Of a DNA stretch of 64,000 bases, positions 41,854-50,526 are shown piece after piece. The first letter of the stretch is position 1, and every line of letters starts with the position of its first letter. A model generated the notes under the pieces. The model was not told the DNA's origin and ran no database searches. It worked only from the letters and a program-made list of their open reading frames with translations. Position numbers and translations under genes: made by a program. Location: contig CAXXQE010000001.1 in NCBI GenBank assembly GCA_963665615.2, positions 124,001-188,000 on the forward strand, read 5' to 3'. The stretch is from Syntrophales bacterium (GTDB lineage: Bacteria > Desulfobacterota > Syntrophia > Syntrophales > UBA4778).

Positions 41854-42735
41854 ATGAAGAACACAGCGGTTGTCGATTCGGATCAGTCCATCGGAACCCT
41901 TGAGCTTTCCGATGGCTACACCTCGCATTACCGTTTATGGGGGGCGCCCGTGGGCAGGGATCTCATCATCATGCTCCACGGGGGGATGAGTCATTCGGAG
42001 TGGCAGGCGCCGCTGGCGGGAGCCCTGAGAGGGATATCGGACATTTCTTTTCTGGCGCCGGACAGGAGGGGCTGTGGCCTGAACGATGTCGATCGGGGTG
42101 ATCTCAAATCCGCGGAAATCCTCTTCGACGATGTCGTGCAGCATGTGGCGCACTTCAAAAAATCGTTCGACCGAATCCATTTGGCAGGCTGGTGTCAGGG
42201 GTGTCAGTTTTCCATTCCCGCGGCCCGGCAACTCCAAGGCCAAGGGGTCTTGTCGAGTCTCATCCTTGTTACGCCGGGACTTTTCTGGAGCGAACGCTTC
42301 ACGGCGGTGCAACAAATCGCACGGGAAAGCCTCTTTGCCTTTCTGATGGAGTTCAAGATTCAGCCCGATCCGAAGCGGCCTTTCATTCCGATTCCCATGC
42401 TCAAGGAGGATTTTACCTCGACCAAGGCGTGGCTGGATTACATTGACGGGGACCCCTTGAAGACGACCCGCGTGACGCTCAATACGGTGGGTGTGATGGA
42501 GGCGGCCCAGAGAAAATCGCTTCAGGACGTCCTGGAGATTGATTGTCCGGTGCTCGTCGTTTTGGCTGAAAAGGATCGGGTCGTCGACAGCGCCCGGATC
42601 GAGAGTTATCTGGGGGAACTGGTGAGCCAATCCCAGAAAAGCAGCTTGATCCGTTTCAATGCGGAACACGCCATTCATTTTGAAAAGGCGGAGGATCTGG
42701 CGGGCGGAATCCGGGCGTTCATTTCAACTTTATAA
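41854..42735 (+). CDS. Alpha/beta hydrolase with GxCxG nucleophile elbow
   Basis: LHGGMSHSEW, PDRRGCG, LAGWCQG, LAEKDRVV, AEHAIHFE. Confidence 0.82.
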   Translation: MKNTAVVDSDQSIGTLELSDGYTSHYRLWGAPVGRDLIIMLHGGMSHSEWQAPLAGALRGISDISFLAPDRRGCGLNDVDRGDLKSAEILFDDVVQHVAHFKKSFDRIHLAGWCQGCQFSIPAARQLQGQGVLSSLILVTPGLFWSERFTAVQQIARESLFAFLMEFKIQPDPKRPFIPIPMLKEDFTSTKAWLDYIDGDPLKTTRVTLNTVGVMEAAQRKSLQDVLEIDCPVLVVLAEKDRVVDSARIESYLGELVSQSQKSSLIRFNAEHAIHFEKAEDLAGGIRAFISTL

Positions 42736-42772
42736 GGGCTTGCGGGGCGATCCCTCGGGAATCGGATCCGGT

Positions 42773-42955
42773 ATGAAAATCTTTTTTCATGAAGACTTCT
42801 ACCAGGTCTATTCTACCGATCCGGCGGCGCAGCCGGGCCGCATGGAAGCGGTGGTCGGCGCGCTTCGCTATTTTCGAAGGCGGATGCAATCACAGGGGCT
42901 TGGAGGCAATGCCGCCGTGTTTCTGGACGGGACGGCAGGGGAAAATAACTCTTGA
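42773..42955 (+). pseudogene. Internally deleted histone-deacetylase-family remnant
   Basis: N-terminus MKIFFHEDFYQVYSTDPAAQPGRMEAV abuts a C-terminal-type RFAIFEGGCNH segment in a neighbouring frame. Confidence 0.55.
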
Positions 42956-43040
42956 GAATCTCTTGCAATTGGATAATATGGCTCCTGATTGCTGAGGGCA
43001 GGAGCCCCAGACCATTTTTTACAGTCGGTGAGCGAGTCGC

Positions 43041-44714
43041 ATGTATCAAGAGTTCTACGGATTTCAAGAAAAGCCGTTCAATCTGACACCCGATCCCCGG
43101 TTCATTTTTTTGAGCCAGAAGCACCGGGAGGCGATCGCGCACCTGCTGTACGGCATCAATAGTCATGTGGGGTTTATCAGCCTGACCGGCGAAGTGGGCG
43201 CCGGCAAGACGACCGTTTTGAGAAGTCTGCTGAGTCATTTGGATCACGATCATTATCGGACGGCGCTCATCTTCAACCCGTCGCTCTCCCCCTCGGGACT
43301 GCTCCGGAGCATCGGGCGCGAATACGGCATGCTGTCCAATGACGAGGCCTCCGGTGTGAGCGATTCGGACATTCTGGAGAAACTCAACGATTTCCTGATC
43401 CGGGAGAATGCGGAGAAGCGCACGGTTGTTCTGGTGATCGACGAGGCACAGAATCTCGGCGCAGACGTCCTGGAACAGATCCGCTTGATTTCCAATCTGG
43501 AGACGGACAGCGACAAGCTCATTCAGATCATTCTGGCGGGGCAGCCGGAGTTGCTCGACCTGTTGAGAAAGAGAAATCTGCGGCAGCTCAATCAGCGCAT
43601 TACGGTGCGCTACCATCTGACGCCTCTGGATCTTCAGGACACGGAGGCCTATATCAATCACCGGATCGATGTGGCGGAAGGGCGGGTCGTCTTCTCGCGT
43701 CGCGCTATCGCCAAAATATTCCGGTATTCCGGGGGGCTTCCCCGTCTGATCAACGCCGCATGCGATCGGGCGCTGCTGGCGGGCTATACGCAGGAGGCAA
43801 GGGAAATCACCGGGCGCATCGCCGCCGTTGCGATCGGTGATCTGGCGCGACAGGGGGGCTGGTCTGTGCTGAAGCGCCCCGCGGTGCTTTACCCGCTTAT
43901 CGTTTTCGGGATTGTGCTGCTGGCGGCGCCTTTTGTACCTCAAATAACTTTCGTGTCGAAGGACTTGCCCGGCCTTTTCTGGAAGTCCGGAACGGCTGTC
44001 AAGCCGGGTGCTGCGACGGCCCCGCTAAAACCGGTGAAACACCCCGCCGTCGCTTTGAATCGGGCCTACTGGGCCAAGATCGAGCAGCTGTCGGAAGTGG
44101 AGAGTTTTCGGTCGGCCTTCAATGAAATCACGGGGCTTTGGAAGGCGGACCCTGCCGGGGACAGCGAAGTCGATCCTGCTTCCCTGGAAGAGGCCTTGCA
44201 GTCGCGGGGGCTTAGCCTCCTTCGTTTTACGGGGACGCTGCCCGGCCTGCAACTGATCGGCTGCCCTGCGATTGTGGAACTGGCTCTGCCCGGAAAGGCG
44301 GAGAAACGTTACGCTGTCTTGACGGGAATCAAAGCGGGGAAGATTTCTCTTGCGCCGCAGATCGTTCCCGATTCTGAGCTGACGACCGCCGAGCTCCATA
44401 AATACTGGACCGGCAGCGCCTATATCCCGTGGAAGAATTTTCTGAAGCTGCCGGAAAAGCTATCTCCCGGCGAAAGTGGAAAGGGTGTGCGAAAACTCCA
44501 GAAACTTCTGCGCGTCATGGGAATTTATAATCAATCGCTGACGGGCAGCTATGATACGGAGACTGAAAATGCCATTAAGATTTTTCAGTCGACGCACGGA
44601 TTAGAGCCGGACGGCGTTATGCTGTTCCCGACGTTGTTGTCACTGTATCGATCCGTTAAAGAATTGGAAGTACCGAGTCTAACCGGGGAAGAACCACATG
44701 AGCCTCATCCTTGA
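43041..44714 (+). CDS. ExeA/GspA-like AAA ATPase with peptidoglycan-binding domain
   Basis: PFNLTPDPRF, TGEVGAGKTT, IDEAQNL, GQPEL, QRITVRY, GLPRLIN, a TM helix and C-terminal FQSTHGLEPDG. Confidence 0.9.
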   Translation: MYQEFYGFQEKPFNLTPDPRFIFLSQKHREAIAHLLYGINSHVGFISLTGEVGAGKTTVLRSLLSHLDHDHYRTALIFNPSLSPSGLLRSIGREYGMLSNDEASGVSDSDILEKLNDFLIRENAEKRTVVLVIDEAQNLGADVLEQIRLISNLETDSDKLIQIILAGQPELLDLLRKRNLRQLNQRITVRYHLTPLDLQDTEAYINHRIDVAEGRVVFSRRAIAKIFRYSGGLPRLINAACDRALLAGYTQEAREITGRIAAVAIGDLARQGGWSVLKRPAVLYPLIVFGIVLLAAPFVPQITFVSKDLPGLFWKSGTAVKPGAATAPLKPVKHPAVALNRAYWAKIEQLSEVESFRSAFNEITGLWKADPAGDSEVDPASLEEALQSRGLSLLRFTGTLPGLQLIGCPAIVELALPGKAEKRYAVLTGIKAGKISLAPQIVPDSELTTAELHKYWTGSAYIPWKNFLKLPEKLSPGESGKGVRKLQKLLRVMGIYNQSLTGSYDTETENAIKIFQSTHGLEPDGVMLFPTLLSLYRSVKELEVPSLTGEEPHEPHP

Positions 44715-45393
44715 AGCGTTGAAGAAAATTGAAGCGGACAAATCCAGACGGGTGAAGAAGGCCGACATCGCTGCCGCCATTCTTTTGCCGGATCGCAGGG
44801 TCAGGCGGAAGAAGATTCTGCTGATTTCCGGCCTGTTTCTTTCTGCGGTTCTTCTGTTTGTCGGGGCGGGGGCGTGGATCAGCTACCTGCTTCTCGCCAA
44901 CCCGCAACCTGTGCAACCCCTTCAAACCGTGCGGTCTGCACCGCTGCCGACGGCCGCTCCTGCGCCAGCCGTTGCCGCGGCGGAAAAGCCGGCCGAAGTG
45001 GTGATGGGATCGGTCAAACAGACGCTTTCAGAGACACACCGGGCAGTGGCGGTGAAACCCGTCGTCGTCGCAAAGGTCCATGCAATCAAGCCGATCCCCC
45101 GCGATTCCGAAATCGATGAACCGGCGAGTCCCTCCAGGACGCCGCGGCAGCCCAAACAGGCCAGAAAGGTTTCGGTCGATACTGCCGAGCCAAAGGCAAA
45201 CGATTCGTTCAAGTTGACCGGAATCATCTGGGCCGAGGATGGTGCGAAGAGCAGGGCCCTGGTCAACGGCGCATCCCTGAAGGAAGGGGATACCGTCGAG
45301 GGCGCTCGAATCGAACGGATCGAACCCACCCGCATCGTTTGTTCGAGAGATGGAAAATCGTTTATGGTTCCGGTCAGACCGGACATCGACTAG
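44698..45393 (+). CDS. ExeB/GspB-like protein
   Basis: MSLILEALKK, TM helix, Pro/Ala linker, LTGIIW...ALVNG...EGD; overlaps the exeA-like gene. Confidence 0.8.
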   Translation: MSLILEALKKIEADKSRRVKKADIAAAILLPDRRVRRKKILLISGLFLSAVLLFVGAGAWISYLLLANPQPVQPLQTVRSAPLPTAAPAPAVAAAEKPAEVVMGSVKQTLSETHRAVAVKPVVVAKVHAIKPIPRDSEIDEPASPSRTPRQPKQARKVSVDTAEPKANDSFKLTGIIWAEDGAKSRALVNGASLKEGDTVEGARIERIEPTRIVCSRDGKSFMVPVRPDID

Positions 45394-45415
45394 GCAGCGG
45401 CGTGAAGGGAACGAG

Positions 45416-45622
45416 TCAATAATGCGGCGGCTTTTCGTTCGGGATCTTGCCGCCGACGGCTTCTATGATATCTTTAAAGCGGGAGGCGATCGCCTTCATG
45501 CTTTTTTCCAGCTGATCGATCCGCTGTTGCTGTTCGCAAACAATGCCGTTAAGTTCCCGGATGGTTTCTTCCTGATAGAAGAGTTTGATTTCCAGTTCTG
45601 AGATTCGGTCTTCGTTGTTCAT
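45416..45622 (-). CDS. slyX: SlyX family protein
   Basis: RISELEIKLFYQEETIRELN...QQQRID and terminal KPPHY. Confidence 0.85.
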   Translation of the reverse strand: MNNEDRISELEIKLFYQEETIRELNGIVCEQQQRIDQLEKSMKAIASRFKDIIEAVGGKIPNEKPPHY

Positions 45623-45762
45623 GGTATCGGTTCCTCTTTGTTCCGGTCCCTGCGGATTGGCCCGCTCCTTGGGCACGCCGCTTGCCCCTTCACCCCACCA
45701 GATCATTCCTGTCAGGAGAATCTTTGATACCATAATCACGTTTTAGAAGAAAAGATAATCCA

Positions 45763-45791
45763 TTGACATCGAGAAGATATTTTTTTATGGT
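45763..45791 (+). promoter_or_regulatory. Putative sigma70 promoter of the FIST-kinase operon
   Basis: TTGACA-N17-TATGGT. Confidence 0.5.
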
Positions 45792-45917
45792 GCCAAAAAT
45801 GTGCCCCCGTTTTTTCGTTGTTTGGGGTAAAGGTCGACGGAAAAGGGGCTTAAAAGCATTTGTGATTAGATCGTATTGTTAATATAAATCCACCAAATTT
45901 ATTGGGGGGAAGACAGT

Positions 45918-47057
45918 ATGCAGATTGAACAAACGCTTTTCACGACCTCGCAGGGATGGAGCAGATTAACGCAGACGTCCCTCGGCGATGAGGCCCAACT
46001 TGTTTTGCTGTTCGGGGAGACCTCCCTCATCAAAGATATAAAACGCATTGGAGAACTTCGATTCAACTATCCGAATGCCCGGATCTTCGGCTGCTCGACG
46101 GCCGGGGAGATCGTTGACGCTCAGGTTAAGGAAAGTTGCCTTGTCGCTACGGCCATCCATTTCGATGCCACCCGTTTCGAAATTGTCAATGAAACCATCC
46201 ATGATATCCAACAAAGCGAACAGGTCGGCCATACGCTTGCGGCGAAATTGGCTCGCGAAGGACTCGTTCACGTCTTTGTCCTTTCGGACGGCTTGAATGT
46301 TAATGGCAGTGCGCTGATCAAGGGGCTTCACGACAAACTCCCCTCCGGGGTTACTGTCACCGGAGGATTGTCCGCCGACATGGACCGGTTTTCGGAAACG
46401 CTGGTCCTCTGTGACGGGGAACCTGCAAGCCATGTCGTCGGCCTACTGGGCCTGTACGGGGACAAGCTTCAGGTCGGCAGCGGGTCGTTTGGAGGATGGG
46501 ACCCCTTCGGTCCTGAACGGCTTGTGACACGCTCTCATGACAACATTCTCTATGAACTGGACGGGAAATCCGCTTTGGGGATTTATAAAACCTATCTCGG
46601 AAGTCATGCGGAAGAACTTCCCGCTTCCGCCCTCCTTTTTCCCCTGTGCATTCGGACGCCAGAGGGAACATCACGGTTGGTGCGAACCATCCTGTCCGTC
46701 AATGAAACCGATCAAAGTATGATCTTTGCGGGGGATATCCCCGAAGGCGCTTATGCCCGATTTATGAAGGCCAACATCAACCGGATTGTCGACGGCGCCA
46801 TGGAAGCCGCTCGAATGAGCCAGCAGGCGTCCGAAAATCAGCCCCCTGAGCTGGCTATTCTGATCAGTTGTATCGGGCGCAAGATGGTTCTGAAACAACG
46901 TGTTGAAGAGGAAACGGAGGCCGTTCAGGACATTATCGGCAACCAGGCCATTCTGACCGGTTTCTATTCTTACGGGGAAATCGCACCCTCCGATTGTGGA
47001 CAACCCAGTGAACTCCATAACCAGACGATGACCATCACCACCTTTAGAGAATACTGA
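45918..47057 (+). CDS. FIST domain signal transduction protein
   Basis: GCSTAGEI, SDGLNVNG, GGWDPFG, SCIGR, GFYSYGEI, LHNQT. Confidence 0.92.
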   Translation: MQIEQTLFTTSQGWSRLTQTSLGDEAQLVLLFGETSLIKDIKRIGELRFNYPNARIFGCSTAGEIVDAQVKESCLVATAIHFDATRFEIVNETIHDIQQSEQVGHTLAAKLAREGLVHVFVLSDGLNVNGSALIKGLHDKLPSGVTVTGGLSADMDRFSETLVLCDGEPASHVVGLLGLYGDKLQVGSGSFGGWDPFGPERLVTRSHDNILYELDGKSALGIYKTYLGSHAEELPASALLFPLCIRTPEGTSRLVRTILSVNETDQSMIFAGDIPEGAYARFMKANINRIVDGAMEAARMSQQASENQPPELAILISCIGRKMVLKQRVEEETEAVQDIIGNQAILTGFYSYGEIAPSDCGQPSELHNQTMTITTFREY

Positions 47058-49102
47058 TGACGGCAACCTTTCACAATCTGCTGTTGCGCCAGATCAAGCG
47101 TCACTTCGGCAGCATTGACAAGATTCCTACCGATCTTATAGCGTTTATATCGTCGGTCAATGTGGCCTATCGTGAATACGATACCGATCGTGAGATGCTG
47201 GAGCGTTCCCTGGAGCTGAGTTCACAGGAAATGCTCCAGACAAATGCCGAGCTGTGGGCCGTGTTCTCGGCGCTGCCCGACATTCTCTTTGTCATCGATG
47301 GAACCGGCACGATTCTCGATCAGAAATCACGAAGCGCAGACGACATCTTTCCGCACTCAGGCAAGACGCTTGTGGGAATGCGCATTCAGGACATTCCCGA
47401 CAGAGAAGTCGGAGAGAAATTACAGGGGGCCCTGGAGGCGGTCAAAAGGGATAAATCCCTTTTCAGCGTCGAATATCAGCTGACCATTGGCGGCACGCCT
47501 TCTTTCTATGAAGCCAGATTTACGCCTTTGATCGAAAATCGATATGTTGTCATTGTGCGTAATATCACGGATCGAAAGCTGGCCGAGATGGCGCTCCTTA
47601 AAGAACGGGATTTCGTCAAAACCCTGGTTCAGACCTCTCCAACTTTTTTTATCGCGCTTGATCATGATTTTCGGGTGATCACCATCAACGACGCCATGCT
47701 TGATGCAACGGGTTTCACGACAGAAGAAGTTGTCGGAGGAGATAGTATCCAATTATTTCTTCCACAGGACGCGCAAGTCGATTTCATCAATAAACTTCGT
47801 GACGTGGAAGAAAGCACGAGGGCAGCGATCATTGAGGCTCCGCTGCTGTGCAAAAACGGCCGGATTCTGAACGTCGAATGGCGCGGCAGGGCCATTTTCA
47901 CAAACGATGGTTGCTTTGACTTCTTCTTTAGCGTCGGCATCGACGTTACCGGGAAAAGACAGCTTGAGGCCAAGCTCCAGCAGTCCCGCAAACTTGAGGC
48001 CATCGGCACTCTGGCGGGAGGGGTTGCGCATGATTTCAACAATCTCCTCATGGGGATACAGGGTCGCGTTTCGCTGATGATGCTGGATGCCGATGAGACG
48101 CACCCCTTTCACGCTCATCTGATGGCGATGCAGGAAAGCATCAAAAGCGCCGCGACGCTGACGCGACAGCTCCTCGGTTTTGCCAGGGGCGGAAAATACG
48201 AAGTCAGGCCAACGAACATCAATGATCTGATCGAAAAAAACATCGACCTCTATGGGCGAACCAATAAAGATGTCAGCATCGTTCTGAATCTCCAGCCTAA
48301 TATCTGGGCTATCGAGGCGGATCAGGATCAGATCGATCAGGCGTTGCTGAATATCTACCTCAATGCCTTTCAGGCGATGCCGCAGGGCGGGGAACTTAAG
48401 ATCTCTACGGCCAATGCGACCCTCGATCCAAACGACGTGGAACGGTTGGGGCTGCAAGCGGAAAACTATGTTCGGATTGCGATTACAGATACCGGCATCG
48501 GGATGGACAAGGAAACTCAGCAGAGAATCTTTGATCCGTTCTTTTCAACGAAGGACCATGGCCGAGGGACGGGGCTCGGGCTTGCCTCGACATACGGCAT
48601 CATTAAAAACCACGACGGCATGATCGAGGTGCAAAGCGAAAAGGGCGTTGGCGCGGCTTTCACGATTTATCTCCCTGCATCGATGAAGAAAGTCAAACCG
48701 ACAGCGTCCGCATTCTCAACCGAAATCAAACAAGGCCAGGGAACGATCCTTTTTGTGGACGACGAGGAAATCGTGATCGAGGTGGGTAAAAATCTGCTTT
48801 CCGCCCTCGGTTATGCTGTCATCACAGCCGGTGGAGGCAGTGAGGCCTTGGAAATCCTGAAAGAACGCGCCAAAGAAATCGACCTCGTCATTCTGGATAT
48901 CATCATGCCGGGGATGAGTGGCAGCGAAACCTTCGACCAGATTAAAAAAATCGCCCCTGCCGTCAAAGTCCTGCTTGCCAGCGGATATAGCCTGGAGGGA
49001 CAGGCAAAGGCGATCCTCGATCGCGGGTGCGACGGATTTATCCAGAAACCATTCGATCTCTACGTGCTGTCAAACAAGATTTGCCAGGTGTTGTCTGTCT
49101 GA
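47057..49102 (+). CDS. PAS-PAS hybrid sensor histidine kinase/response regulator
   Basis: AGGVAHDFNNLL, DTGIGM, FDPFFSTK, GTGLGL; receiver VDDE...ILDIIMP...KPF. Confidence 0.93.
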   Translation: MTATFHNLLLRQIKRHFGSIDKIPTDLIAFISSVNVAYREYDTDREMLERSLELSSQEMLQTNAELWAVFSALPDILFVIDGTGTILDQKSRSADDIFPHSGKTLVGMRIQDIPDREVGEKLQGALEAVKRDKSLFSVEYQLTIGGTPSFYEARFTPLIENRYVVIVRNITDRKLAEMALLKERDFVKTLVQTSPTFFIALDHDFRVITINDAMLDATGFTTEEVVGGDSIQLFLPQDAQVDFINKLRDVEESTRAAIIEAPLLCKNGRILNVEWRGRAIFTNDGCFDFFFSVGIDVTGKRQLEAKLQQSRKLEAIGTLAGGVAHDFNNLLMGIQGRVSLMMLDADETHPFHAHLMAMQESIKSAATLTRQLLGFARGGKYEVRPTNINDLIEKNIDLYGRTNKDVSIVLNLQPNIWAIEADQDQIDQALLNIYLNAFQAMPQGGELKISTANATLDPNDVERLGLQAENYVRIAITDTGIGMDKETQQRIFDPFFSTKDHGRGTGLGLASTYGIIKNHDGMIEVQSEKGVGAAFTIYLPASMKKVKPTASAFSTEIKQGQGTILFVDDEEIVIEVGKNLLSALGYAVITAGGGSEALEILKERAKEIDLVILDIIMPGMSGSETFDQIKKIAPAVKVLLASGYSLEGQAKAILDRGCDGFIQKPFDLYVLSNKICQVLSV

Positions 49103-49208
49103 CGGCTGCCGACCAGCTATAAGCTGTCAACTGCTTGCTCCTGCCGGATATGAAAAAACCGGTCATTCTCGCAGTGCCTTCCAGTGCAATACAACAAAGC
49201 ATCCCCCG

Positions 49209-50504
49209 TTAAGACCCCGTCAGGTTGGCGGGCTGGCCCGTTGCGTCGAGCACGCTATTCCATAGTCTGCACAGGGGATCGATTTTCTTGCGCGCGGAGA
49301 CGGCCAGCGCAATGGGAACATGGATGAACTCGCTACGCCAGTGGCCAACGACCATGTCGGTCCGTCCCGTCATGGCAGCGTGAACGGCGTTGTGTCCGAG
49401 CTGGAGGCAGAAGGCGGCATCGTTGGCATTGGCTACGACGCTGCGGATGATGTAGCTCGGGTCGATGTACTTCAGGTTCAGATCTATTCCGATTTCCCTG
49501 AAATGCGCCCTGATCCGGTCGCGCAGGTAGATTCCGATATCGCCGAACCGGGCGTTGCCGGAGGGATCGTACTCGACGGTTTGGCCGGGGATATAGCGCC
49601 CGGCGCCTTCCGCAACGACCACAACGGCGTGCGATCGACGTTCCAGCCGCTGTCTGAGCAGCTCCAGGAAATAATCGATGGAGAAGGGGATCTCGGGGAT
49701 CAGACAGAAATTGACCTCGTTTTCAGATAGCGCCGCATAGGAGGCGATAAAACCAGAGTCGCGTCCCATGAGCTTGACCAGGCCCACGCCGTTTCGCGCG
49801 CCGCGCGCTTCGTTGTGCGCGGAGGCAATGACGTTGCGGGACTCGGAGCCAGCCGTGAGAAACCCGAAGGAACGGTCGATGTAGGAGATGTCGTTATCGA
49901 TCGTCTTGGGAATGCCGATGACGGCGAGCGAAAGCCCCCGGCGTGCCGCCTCGTCACTGATGGCCTGCGCGCCGCGTAGCGTGCCGTCACCGCCGATCGC
50001 AAAGAGGATGCGGATCTTCATCTTTTCCAGCGTATCGACCATTTCGGCAATATCCTGCGGACCGCGCGAGGTTCCCAGGAGAGAGCCGCCGAATTTGTTG
50101 ATCCCGGCGACGACGTCCGGCGTCAATGCCATTGGCTGGTGACCGTAGCGTGTGATGAGCCCCTCGAAACCATAAGGGAAGCCATAGACGGTTTCGACGT
50201 GGTAGTGGTAGTGCAGGCTCAGGACGATGGCACGGATCACGTCGTTGAGCCCGGGGCAGAGCCCGCCGCAGGTGACGATGCCGCAATGGAGCGCGGCGGG
50301 ATCGAAGAAGATCTTTTGTCGGGGACCGGCGATTTCCATTGCGGGCGGTTCCTGGCCGGCGCGGAAGAAAGCGCCGACCTCGTCGAGATCGCCGTGGTAG
50401 AGTACGCGCCGACCATCGTCAACGAACGGCATGCCGGTGTGGGGGGAGGGCCGGGTCGCCTTGCCGAGTTTCCGGATGGCGAAATCGGGCACTTTGCCGG
50501 TCAT
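49209..50504 (-). CDS. 6-phosphofructokinase (probably ATP-dependent)
   Basis: VTCGGLCPGLN, LGTSRG, GGDGT, PKTIDND, MGRDSG, YIDPSY. Confidence 0.9.
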   Translation of the reverse strand: MTGKVPDFAIRKLGKATRPSPHTGMPFVDDGRRVLYHGDLDEVGAFFRAGQEPPAMEIAGPRQKIFFDPAALHCGIVTCGGLCPGLNDVIRAIVLSLHYHYHVETVYGFPYGFEGLITRYGHQPMALTPDVVAGINKFGGSLLGTSRGPQDIAEMVDTLEKMKIRILFAIGGDGTLRGAQAISDEAARRGLSLAVIGIPKTIDNDISYIDRSFGFLTAGSESRNVIASAHNEARGARNGVGLVKLMGRDSGFIASYAALSENEVNFCLIPEIPFSIDYFLELLRQRLERRSHAVVVVAEGAGRYIPGQTVEYDPSGNARFGDIGIYLRDRIRAHFREIGIDLNLKYIDPSYIIRSVVANANDAAFCLQLGHNAVHAAMTGRTDMVVGHWRSEFIHVPIALAVSARKKIDPLCRLWNSVLDATGQPANLTGS

Positions 50505-50526
50505 GGTGGTATCCCTTCCTTTCCTC

